Source: Rickettsiales bacterium (GTDB taxonomy: Bacteria > Pseudomonadota > Alphaproteobacteria > Rickettsiales > UBA6187). From it: a stretch of DNA of 64,000 bases. The stretch's first letter is position 1. Each line of letters starts with the position of its first letter. This document shows positions 21,040-29,020 of the stretch, piece after piece. The translations under genes were made by a program, and so were the position numbers. The stretch is from positions 71,538 to 135,537 of the forward strand of contig JBEVNR010000002.1 in assembly GCA_040507985.1 (NCBI GenBank). Reading direction: 5' to 3'. The notes under the pieces were generated by a model that did no database searches, was not told where the DNA came from, and saw only the letters and a list, made by a program, of their open reading frames with translations.

Positions 21040-21316
21040 GATGTTTGTGGAAAATGCAGTGACGTCAGCGGAAAGCGTGGGCGGCGTAAGGAAAGTGGTA
21101 GCGCGAGGAAAGATGAGGAGGCGGTAAAGCGAAGCTAGGGATGGTAATTAAGATTATACTCGTATATTAATATTAAAGTCAATTTTTTTTAAGATAAGTA
21201 ATTAATTTTAAAGATAATTAATAGATTTTTTGCATCCTGCCTAGTTCATGCGGGCGAGTCTGTGCCTTGTAACGCAGTTATTTCGCTCTATGGTTTTGGG
21301 CGTCCGTCTCATTTTG

Positions 21317-23209
21317 TCATGTCCTCCCGAACAATTTTTCTATGTCCTTTAGCTTAAGCTCGACGTAGGTGGGGCGGCCATGGTTGCACTGGCCGGAAAA
21401 GGGGGTGGCCTCCATTTCGCGTAACAGTGCGTCCATTTCTTCGGTGGAAAGACGTCGGCCCGACTTGATGGCACCCTTGCACGCCATGGTCGCCATCACT
21501 TCTTCCACCGTCTCTTTCATGGACAAGTCGCCCTCGAGGCCCCGTACGTCGTCAATTACGGCCCTTAACGCCCCGGCGGCATCCATATTTCCTAAGATGG
21601 CGGGAGTGGCGCGCACGATGACGGCATTTTCGCCGAACGGCGCCGCGTGGAAACCAAAACGCTTCAGCGCGTCATAGTGGCTTGGCTCTAGCGCGGCGGC
21701 GTCGGTCGCCTCTAGCTCTACGATCTCGGGAATCAATAATTGCTGCGTCCGTACGCCGCCGGCGTAATATTCGCGCTTCATTTTTTCGTACCGCAACCGT
21801 TCGTGAGCGGCATGTTGGTCGACGATGACGACGGCGTCGTCGGTTTGGGCCACGATGTAATTATCGTGCAATTGGCATCGCGCCGCGCCAAGGCGTTCGT
21901 CGGCGCGGGCAATTCTTTCCGACGGAGGAGGCGCGGAATAGGCGTTGTGGCGAGAAGCGGAAGCGGCGACGGCGGCGTCACGCGGCGCCTCCGGTCGATG
22001 CGCGTCCCGCTGTGCGGTGATTTTCGCCGCAGAAGGAGAGGGAAGGGGGCGAAAGGTCGGACGAGACGGTTCGTTCAACGTCTGCGGCGCCGTCTTCGGC
22101 GGAAGGGAAAAAATCTGCGCCGAAGAGGAAGGAGAGGGAGCATAAGAGGGAACGCGGGCTTTTTCCAGCGTTTTTGCGGCAATTTCGGTCGAGCTTCGCT
22201 GCGCGCCGGTGCGCAATCCCTCGTGCAACGCCCGGACGATAACGCCGCGCACTTTACTTTCGTGGCGAAATCGCACTTCCGTTTTGGCCGGATGCACGTT
22301 CACATCCACGTCTTCCGGCGGAACGCTCGCATATAGCGCAAGAATCGGGTAGCGCATGCGCGGCAGATAGTCTTGATAAGCGGCGCGCACCGACGCCGTC
22401 AATATTTTGTCGCGCACCGGCCGGCCGTTGACGAATAAATACATGTGGTGGCTATTGCCGCGATGCAGGGTGGGAAGACCGGCGTAGCCGCGCGCGGAAT
22501 ATCCCGCATCGTCCGACGCCGCAACCGCGACGCCGTTTTCCGCAAAAGACGGCTCCATCGCGCTTGCCACGCGATGAAAGAGGCGCTCCTCCTCCGTGTC
22601 TCCCCGCGCGTCCAGGGCGTATATTGGTTTGTCGTTTTCTCCGACCAACGAGAAGGATATGCCGGGATTGGCCAGGGCTTGCCGCAATATATTTTCTTGG
22701 ACGTGCGTAATTTCGGTGCGATCGTGCTTTAAAAATTTGAGGCGCGCGGGGGTGGCGAAGAATAAGTCGCGAATCTCGACGCAGGTTCCTCGTTCTCGTC
22801 TTGCCGCCGGTAATATTCCCGCGACGGCCCCTCCTTCGGCGCGAATTTCATGGGCGGCGTCGGCGTCTTTCGCGCGCGAGACGACGGACATGCGGCTAAT
22901 GGAGGCCACCGACGCCAGGGCTTCGCCGCGAAATCCCAGAAAACGGACGTTCCATAAATCGTCGTCGTCGAGTTTTGACGTGGCGTGGCGTAACAGGCAT
23001 AGCGCCAGTTCGGCCTTGTTCATGCCCTTGCCGTTATCGTCGATGCGAATGAGGTTGCGTCCGGCCCCGCGTATCGTCACGCGTATGTCGGTCGCACCGG
23101 CGTCGATCGCGTTTTCCACCAACTCCTTGACGGCGGAGGCCGGACGTTCGATCACTTCGCCGGCGGCGATGCGGTTAATGACGTGGTCGGGAAGGACGCG
23201 AAGGGGCAT
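21317..23209 (-). CDS. mutL: DNA mismatch repair protein MutL
   Basis: The 630-aa product contains VINRIAAGEVIERPASAVKELVENAIDAGA (GHKL ATPase), GFRGEALASV and a C-terminal dimerisation domain with QCNHGRPT. Confidence 0.95.
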   Translation of the reverse strand: MPLRVLPDHVINRIAAGEVIERPASAVKELVENAIDAGATDIRVTIRGAGRNLIRIDDNGKGMNKAELALCLLRHATSKLDDDDLWNVRFLGFRGEALASVASISRMSVVSRAKDADAAHEIRAEGGAVAGILPAARRERGTCVEIRDLFFATPARLKFLKHDRTEITHVQENILRQALANPGISFSLVGENDKPIYALDARGDTEEERLFHRVASAMEPSFAENGVAVAASDDAGYSARGYAGLPTLHRGNSHHMYLFVNGRPVRDKILTASVRAAYQDYLPRMRYPILALYASVPPEDVDVNVHPAKTEVRFRHESKVRGVIVRALHEGLRTGAQRSSTEIAAKTLEKARVPSYAPSPSSSAQIFSLPPKTAPQTLNEPSRPTFRPLPSPSAAKITAQRDAHRPEAPRDAAVAASASRHNAYSAPPPSERIARADERLGAARCQLHDNYIVAQTDDAVVIVDQHAAHERLRYEKMKREYYAGGVRTQQLLIPEIVELEATDAAALEPSHYDALKRFGFHAAPFGENAVIVRATPAILGNMDAAGALRAVIDDVRGLEGDLSMKETVEEVMATMACKGAIKSGRRLSTEEMDALLREMEATPFSGQCNHGRPTYVELKLKDIEKLFGRT

Positions 23210-23230
23210 AAGATGATTCCGCGAAACATT

Positions 23231-23378
23231 ATTAGGACTTACGCAGCACGCATCTTTTTGGCGCTTTTTGCGGTAAAAACGGTCTAAAAATGCTCACGTA
23301 CGTTAAGTACGCTGCGCTTTTTATCCGTTTTTGACCTAATAAATCGCTCAAAAATCTACGCACTGCGTAAGTCCTAAT
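23231..23378. repeat. 148-bp imperfect palindrome (long hairpin, MITE/REP-like)
   Basis: The termini ATTAGGACTTACGCAG (23231-) and CTGCGTAAGTCCTAAT (-23378) are perfect inverted repeats. The arms remain partly complementary throughout, for example AAAAACGGTCTAAAAA against TTTTTATCCGTTTTT. The centre is CGTACGTTAAGTACG. The element fills the whole gap between the Mth938-like gene stop and the mutL start. Confidence 0.7.
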
Positions 23379-23767
23379 TAAGACGCGTCGCCGGGCGAGA
23401 CGATGAGGAGCGCGGCGACGTTTCGTTCTTCGCTGAGCAGCACGTTATAGGTGCGGCAGGCGGCGCCCAGATCCATTGTCTCCGGCGTCATTCCTGCCGC
23501 CGCAAATGCATTTTTTGCCTCGGCGGAAAGCGGCGCATAGCGTTTGCCCGCGCCAAGCAGTAGCACGTCGGCTTTTTTGACGCTATTCGGCAAGCTTTGT
23601 ACCGACTCCGGCGTAATGGCGCCTAAGGAGAGCGGCTCCCATAGATATACTGCGTCGGGCGTGACGGCGATACTCCGCGAATAGGCGTCGTCGTTGACGC
23701 GAAATATTTGCGCACCGTAAGAGCGAATGCGTTTTTTTTCTTTTGGCGTAAGTGGGGTAATGTCCAT
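23378..23767 (-). CDS. Mth938-like (DUF498) domain protein
   Basis: The product reads MDITPLTPKEKKRIRSYGAQIFRVNDDAY...DVLLLGAGKRY...MDLGAACRTYNVLLSEERNVAALLI, which matches the family layout from the internal Met. The track ORF extends to 23860, but that 31-aa extension is AT-rich and contains a TTGACTATAAT promoter-like string. Confidence 0.65.
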   Translation of the reverse strand: MDITPLTPKEKKRIRSYGAQIFRVNDDAYSRSIAVTPDAVYLWEPLSLGAITPESVQSLPNSVKKADVLLLGAGKRYAPLSAEAKNAFAAAGMTPETMDLGAACRTYNVLLSEERNVAALLIVSPGDAS

Positions 23768-23939
23768 AGGGTGGAATATAACGTCGCCGACGTGCAAAAG
23801 CAAGGGTGGGGAATTATAGTCAATCCAATTTAGAATGACGCCTATATAGAATTTTGGCATGTTTTTTTCTTTTTGGATAAGTGCGTCACGTAAGCCTTAA
23901 TCTCGCCTTGATTTTCACGGAAGAACGCAATAGCATGCC

Positions 23940-24032
23940 TATCAAGCCGCCTCGGACGTTTTCCCGTCGAACCCGGTCAGATCGGAGACGAAGCAGCCGT
24001 AAGGCGAAGGAGACGGGTCGGGGCGGCCCAAC
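23940..24032 (+). ncRNA. ffs: Signal recognition particle RNA (small bacterial SRP / 4.5S)
   Basis: The conserved domain IV core CCGGUCAGAUCGGAGACGAAGCAGCC is present (compare the consensus GGUCAGGUCCGGAAGGAAGCAGCC). The closing helix pairs GCCGCCUCGGAC with GUCGGGGCGGC (23946-24027). It lies immediately upstream of dnaX, the usual alphaproteobacterial position. The ends are approximate. Confidence 0.75.
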
Positions 24033-24051
24033 CAATTAACGTACGCTCGCC

Positions 24052-25260
24052 ATGTCTTCCGCTTCGCCCTCTTACGTCGTGTTAGCGACCAAATATCGTC
24101 CCGGGCGCTTTGAGGATTTGCGCGGACAAGACGTGTTGGTGCGCACCTTGCAAAATGCGATACGGCTTGACCGCATCGCTAACGCCTTTATCATGACGGG
24201 CATACGCGGCGTGGGAAAGACCACCACCGCCCGCATCATCGCCAAGTCGCTAAATTGCGTCGGCGGGGAACATTCGGATAAACCGGCCGTTTCACCGTGC
24301 GGCGCGTGCGAGCAATGCGTCGCGGTGCGCGACGGGCGCCACCCCGACGTGCTCGAAATGGACGCCGCCAGCCATACGGGCGTGGACGACGTGCGCGAAA
24401 TTATCGACATGGCCCGTTATGCTCCATCGATGGGGCGCTATAAAATATTTATCGTCGATGAAGTGCACATGCTTTCACGCAGCGCCTTCAACGCGCTGCT
24501 AAAAACGCTGGAGGAACCGCCGGCGCGCGTGAAGTTTATTTTCGCCACGACGGAAATTCGCAAGGTGCCGGCCACGATTCTTTCCCGCTGCCAGCGTTTT
24601 GACTTAAAGCGCGTCGAGACGGAATCGCTCGCCCGTCATTTAGCGGCGGTCTGCGAGACGGAAGAAAGGCGCATTGAGCCTTCCGCCCTGGCGCTCATCG
24701 CCCGCGCGGCGGAGGGATCGGTGCGCGATTCCTTGTCGCTGCTCGATCAAATTCTCGCCATGCAGGAAGGCGTTCCCACGGCGGAAGACGTACGCCGCAT
24801 GTTGGGCATGGCCGAAAGCGGACGCGTCGTCGCCCTGTTCTCCGCATTATGCGAAGGCGACGTCAGAACGACACTCGCTCTCGTGCGCCGGGCCGTGTCG
24901 GACGGGCAAGATCCAATGCAAATCGTGAAAGAAGCGCAGCAAGCCTGCCATCACGCCGGATTGTTCACCGTGGCCGGAAAAGACGCCGAGACGGACACGT
25001 TTTACGACGAGGTCTCGCGCGGCGCGTTGGAAGAGGCGTCGAAAAAATGCGGCGCCGCCTTCCTTATGCGCATGTGGAGCCTGCTTATTAAATGCGCGGA
25101 AGAATTTTCTTATAGCTACAACGCCCAGGCGACGCTGGAAATGGGGATGGTGCGTTTATGTTATGCCTCGTCGCTGCCTACGCCCGAGGCCGCCTTGCGC
25201 GCGCTGGCGAAACACGAGCGCGCCTTGCCCCCTGCCGCGCCGGATAAAAAAAAAACCTGA
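24052..25260 (+). CDS. dnaX: DNA polymerase III subunit gamma/tau, zero-frame (gamma-length) product
   Basis: The 402-aa product contains GIRGVGKTTTARI (Walker A), a Zn module CGACEQC, IVDEVHML and SRCQRF. It ends ...PAAPDKKKT* immediately after an A10 run. Confidence 0.9.
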   Translation: MSSASPSYVVLATKYRPGRFEDLRGQDVLVRTLQNAIRLDRIANAFIMTGIRGVGKTTTARIIAKSLNCVGGEHSDKPAVSPCGACEQCVAVRDGRHPDVLEMDAASHTGVDDVREIIDMARYAPSMGRYKIFIVDEVHMLSRSAFNALLKTLEEPPARVKFIFATTEIRKVPATILSRCQRFDLKRVETESLARHLAAVCETEERRIEPSALALIARAAEGSVRDSLSLLDQILAMQEGVPTAEDVRRMLGMAESGRVVALFSALCEGDVRTTLALVRRAVSDGQDPMQIVKEAQQACHHAGLFTVAGKDAETDTFYDEVSRGALEEASKKCGAAFLMRMWSLLIKCAEEFSYSYNAQATLEMGMVRLCYASSLPTPEAALRALAKHERALPPAAPDKKKT

Positions 25261-25706
25261 TTGTCCCTAAGGAAAATTCCCTAAACGGCATGGATAAAGC
25301 TCTTGCCGCCTTAGAGGAGGAAGGCGACGTCACGGATTATGCGTCCTTTCTGGAATATTTGCTGAAAAACAAGGAGCTCACGCTATACCGACTGCTGAGC
25401 GCCCACGCAGAATGCGCGGAGTGGAGCGCCGAGAAAATCGTCCTTCGCGGCGATTCCGACATATTGGCGCCGCGTCTTGGTGAGTTAAGGAGCCATTTAT
25501 CCCATGCCGGCCTGTCCTCGCTTCCGGAAATTGCCATTGAAAGTGTCGTAAAGCCGCCTTCATACGCCGCGATGTCGACGTCTAAAGCGCAGCATTCGCC
25601 CAAAGGGAAAAAAACGGAGGCGCCTACGCACCCGGACGTCGCCTACGTGAAAAAATTCTTTCCTGAGGCGATATTAATCGCTTTAGACGAGGGCGAAACG
25701 GCATAA
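25248..25706 (+). CDS. dnaX: Tau-specific C-terminal domain of DnaX, encoded in the -1 frame relative to dnaX
   Basis: This frame is open from inside the A10 tract (the TAA at 25245-47 is the last stop). The first ATG is at 25290. The product reads ...YASFLEYLLKNKELTLYRLLSAHAECAEWSAEKIVLRGDSD..LAPRLGELRSHL...HPDVAYVKKFFPEAILIAL. This follows the pattern of the alphaproteobacterial DnaX C-terminal domain (F..V..L.....L...L...v..v.f..g.i.....L..rL...L and then P.V....FPgAeIv). Confidence 0.6.
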   Translation, partial: KKNLIVPKENSLNGMDKALAALEEEGDVTDYASFLEYLLKNKELTLYRLLSAHAECAEWSAEKIVLRGDSDILAPRLGELRSHLSHAGLSSLPEIAIESVVKPPSYAAMSTSKAQHSPKGKKTEAPTHPDVAYVKKFFPEAILIALDEGETA

Positions 25707-25743
25707 CGCGCTATCGTCTAAATAGAGAGGACGGCATCAGTGT

Positions 25744-26832
25744 TTAATCAAATCGTATCTGCATACATAACCTAAGATATTGCGTGCCGTCATCACCCGT
25801 AAATAAGGTTCCGAAGTCATGCCTACCCGTACTCGGTGTATCGAAGCACGTGCGGGAAAACAAATAATCTTCAAAGGCATTCCAATTATAGATATGGTAA
25901 CAAACGATGTTGCCGCTCTCGTTAACGATCACATAACCGCCGTTAGCGTCGTAAATGCCGCACCATATTTTTCTTGCCGTCATTCCCAACGCAACGGATA
26001 ATAAAAAACGCTTTATTTTACTTTCATAGAAGGGCTGCCCACAGGATAGATCGTAACCGCAAGGATTCTTATTAACCGTTAGCCCGGTAAGCTCCGTTAT
26101 TTTTGTGCCGAGACCCGAGTAATAACCCGCCATAAGATCGGCAAGAATAAGATCTAGTTGCGAATCGCAGAATGCGATATTTCTGCGAAATTGATCGTCT
26201 TCCACTTTTACATAATGAAGAGTGCAACCGTGCGCCGCTAATTCCGCCAATAACGATTTCGTCTTTTTTCCTTGAAAAACTTCGTCGGAAAGTTTTTCCG
26301 CGCTTTCCGCTTCGTATAAAAAACACGTACTATGCTTAGCGGCGTTAAATAACGTCGATTTTCCGCCAAGTCGCGATTTAATGCTAAATCCTAATTCTTG
26401 CCGGCGTTGCGTAACGGGATCGTGAACCGCAACCTTAACGTCTTGCTTATTTTGCGAACCGGATTTTAATAGCGGGTTGCCTATCTTTTCCACGAAATGG
26501 GCAATTTCAGGAATTTCGAAGCTTGCCTCGCCTTTGCTCGCCCGCACTTTTTCAAAAAGCAGATCGGCCGCGGCCACATATTCCGCCGCATTGACTTCCG
26601 AAACGATTCGGGCCGTAGTTACTGCCTTAATAACGACGGTATCGCCTTCGTTGCAACGTCTGTATTCCGCATCTATTCGTTCTTGCCCTACGGTTCTTCT
26701 AACCGCATATACGGGATAAAAGAAATCTTCGCGGGGATTTAAATGGGCGTCGGCCGCATGAAGCTTGCCCGTTCCTAAAAGCCTAAGGAAAACGTATAAT
26801 TCGCTCCACTCGCCTTTATTCATTCCGGTCAT
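25744..26832 (-). CDS. Type II restriction endonuclease, HpaII-like
   Basis: The 362-aa product has the N-terminus NKGEWSELYVFLRLLGTGKLHAAD, which is what I recall as the hallmark of the HpaII endonuclease family. It has a 4-nt overlap with the upstream C5-methyltransferase gene and lies in a lower-GC block. The family assignment is from memory and was not searched. Confidence 0.65.
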   Translation of the reverse strand: MTGMNKGEWSELYVFLRLLGTGKLHAADAHLNPREDFFYPVYAVRRTVGQERIDAEYRRCNEGDTVVIKAVTTARIVSEVNAAEYVAAADLLFEKVRASKGEASFEIPEIAHFVEKIGNPLLKSGSQNKQDVKVAVHDPVTQRRQELGFSIKSRLGGKSTLFNAAKHSTCFLYEAESAEKLSDEVFQGKKTKSLLAELAAHGCTLHYVKVEDDQFRRNIAFCDSQLDLILADLMAGYYSGLGTKITELTGLTVNKNPCGYDLSCGQPFYESKIKRFLLSVALGMTARKIWCGIYDANGGYVIVNESGNIVCYHIYNWNAFEDYLFSRTCFDTPSTGRHDFGTLFTGDDGTQYLRLCMQIRFD

Positions 26833-27788
26833 TCGTAACAGGCGGCTTGCGCCGCGTTTTGCGCTTTATCGGTCCAAACGGGCTTAGCCGCTTGCCGCCT
26901 TAACGTTTGCAAGCGTTCGATAATCGTTTCGCCAACGGCTTGTACCGCGTGTACGGCGACGCTATTGCCTAGTTGTTTCATAGCTTGCGTTTTCGACACC
27001 GGAAACACGAAATCGTCGGGAAAACCCATCATGCGCCGGCCTTCCTTCGGCCCCATGCGTCGTTCTTGGCCGCCCACTATGTAGCAATCCCAATTTCTAC
27101 GATCGCCCACGCCCGAACTGCGTCCGCCGACGCGCAGCGTATAGCCGATCTCCTTTTCGCACACATCGCCCCATACTTGATTCATCGTAATATTAAGGGG
27201 TAGCTTACGCGGAAACTTAAACTCGGCGCCATAATTGTCTTCCTTACGGAATCCCACGATAAACAAGCGCGGCCGATGTTGCGGCAATCCATAGTCCGAC
27301 GCTTTTACGACTTGCCAATATATATTATATCCCAGTCGCTCGCTAAGAATGGCACGTATGGTCTCGAATGTTTTGCCGCCGTCGTGATTCAGTAGATGGC
27401 GGACGTTCTCCAAAAATATTACCGACGGGCGTTTGGCCTCGATAATTTCGGCTATAATAAAAAACATATTACCGCGCTTGTCCTTCTCCTCTGCGAATCC
27501 TCTTTTGAATCCGGCTTGGCTAAAAGGCTGGCAAGGAAAGCCGGCGCACAATATGTCGAAATTGGGAATTTCCTCGGAAGGAAACGTAATGGCGGTTATG
27601 TCGGGGTTGAATAAGCCATTTTCAAAAAGTTGCGGCGAAAGCCTGCGAAAATTCTCTTCGTAGGTTAGGCGGGCGAACGGATCAATTTCCGACGCAAAGA
27701 CGCATTTGGCACCCAAATTATGCCAAGCCAAATGAAAACCGCCGATGCCTGCAAAAAGGTCTATAAATGTCAGTGCATTACTTTTCAT
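26829..27788 (-). CDS. DNA (cytosine-5)-methyltransferase
   Basis: The 319-aa product has motif I FIDLFAGIGGF, motif IV GFPCQPFS, motif VI ENV, motif VIII QHRPR and motif X GNSVAV. Confidence 0.9.
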   Translation of the reverse strand: MKSNALTFIDLFAGIGGFHLAWHNLGAKCVFASEIDPFARLTYEENFRRLSPQLFENGLFNPDITAITFPSEEIPNFDILCAGFPCQPFSQAGFKRGFAEEKDKRGNMFFIIAEIIEAKRPSVIFLENVRHLLNHDGGKTFETIRAILSERLGYNIYWQVVKASDYGLPQHRPRLFIVGFRKEDNYGAEFKFPRKLPLNITMNQVWGDVCEKEIGYTLRVGGRSSGVGDRRNWDCYIVGGQERRMGPKEGRRMMGFPDDFVFPVSKTQAMKQLGNSVAVHAVQAVGETIIERLQTLRRQAAKPVWTDKAQNAAQAACYE

Positions 27789-27929
27789 GCCGTCTAAAGT
27801 CCGTACTAAAATAGCTCCCGTCCTTTTATATTATAATTCCTAACATTGGCAATTCTTATATGCGAAGGCCCTATTCATGTTTTTGCCCTGTGCTCGTTAG
27901 CATGCGTCATTATAAAGGGGTTGACTGTA

Positions 27930-28781
27930 CTATAATTTGCAGCGACATTGCTTCGCGCCGGTCGTGGTCGGCGCGTCTTCCGAAAGATCGGTCCCCGCGC
28001 AGCTTCCTTCCTTAAATTCTACCCAGTCATAATGCGCGCTGATTGGGCCGGTATAGGAAAAAGGCCCGAAAAACTGTTCGGCCTTCTTTCCCGTCCATAG
28101 ATTTGCCATCAATTGACTGGGGGCGGAGGGAAGGGGGCCGCCCTTTAGGGTGGACCGGCGTATTTCCTTTCCGTCGACGAACCATGCGAGGGAATCTTTG
28201 TTCCATTCGATTTGATAGACGTGAAAATCTGCTGAGGCGTCGAATCCAAGGGGTGTTTGCTCCATGTTGTTGCCGTCGGAGTCGGTGTTGTTTTGGCCTT
28301 TTACGTAATATCCGGTTTGAATCATTTTCGTATCTTTGCCGAGAAATTCGATATCGATTTGATCGGCGCTGCCCGCGTCGAAAAGAAAGAACGACGAAAC
28401 GATTCCCGACCCTTTCGCCGCCTTCATGCGGCCGGAATAGCATCCATACGAGGTAAATTGCAGCGATTCGTATTCGCCGGAGGCGAAGCGTTGATTTTGG
28501 CATGCCGATTTATTCGTCGCGCAATCGTCCAGGGTAAGCGTCATCACGCCGTCTTTGATCGCCATGCGGTCGCGCCTGAAAATAACGTCGAACATCTCGT
28601 CGGTAGGATGGTAGGCGTCGGGCGATCCTCCATAGGGAGTGGTCGGAACGACGCACCAATATTTACACATCTTTTCGCCGGAGGGCGCGTTGTCGAAACC
28701 GTCGCGATAGCCGGCGGCAAGGGCGGAGCCGTTCATAAAAACGGCGAAGGCGAGACAAAAAAGAACGGCGCGAATTAGCAT
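27930..28781 (-). CDS. Secreted glycoside hydrolase family 16 protein (lichenase-type) with Gln at the nucleophile position
   Basis: The product is 283 aa with the signal peptide MLIRAVLFCLAFAVFMNGSALAAG. The blocks GIVSSFF, DQIDIEFLGKDT, LGFDA, H.Y.IEW, WFVDG, MANLWTG and AHYDWVEF parallel Bacillus lichenase. The canonical motif is E-I-D-I-E, and here it reads Q-I-D-I-E. Confidence 0.85.
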   Translation of the reverse strand: MLIRAVLFCLAFAVFMNGSALAAGYRDGFDNAPSGEKMCKYWCVVPTTPYGGSPDAYHPTDEMFDVIFRRDRMAIKDGVMTLTLDDCATNKSACQNQRFASGEYESLQFTSYGCYSGRMKAAKGSGIVSSFFLFDAGSADQIDIEFLGKDTKMIQTGYYVKGQNNTDSDGNNMEQTPLGFDASADFHVYQIEWNKDSLAWFVDGKEIRRSTLKGGPLPSAPSQLMANLWTGKKAEQFFGPFSYTGPISAHYDWVEFKEGSCAGTDLSEDAPTTTGAKQCRCKL

Positions 28782-28906
28782 GTAACACCGGATACGTAAA
28801 TAAAATTTCTAGCGCATAATTTTATGTTACCGGAATTATATCGCGATTTTTTTGCGTATCGTCGTTTTTTTATCTGTTTTCCTTTCGGTGCAAAAGCCAA
28901 TATCTC

Positions 28907-28935
28907 TATACAATTCGCTAAAATTCACGTATAAT
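28907..28935 (+). promoter_or_regulatory. Candidate sigma70-type promoter for the orphan gene at 29021
   Basis: TATACA (28907-12), a 17-nt spacer, then TATAAT (28930-35). It is followed by an imperfect hairpin, ATGCTTTCGC ccat GCGAAGCAT (28942-28963), in the presumed 5' UTR. Confidence 0.3.
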
Positions 28936-29020
28936 TAATAAATGCTTTCGCCCATGCGAAGCATGCCGGGCGCCGGACCCATTCCGCGCCAACCGAACGT
29001 GGGTAACGGATAAGATTATT

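Noticed and set aside
27789-27929. I looked for a small controller (C) protein or Vsr-type mismatch endonuclease gene associated with the R-M pair.
   Set aside because: There is no ORF of suitable size or HTH character in the 141-nt spacer or elsewhere in the cassette.
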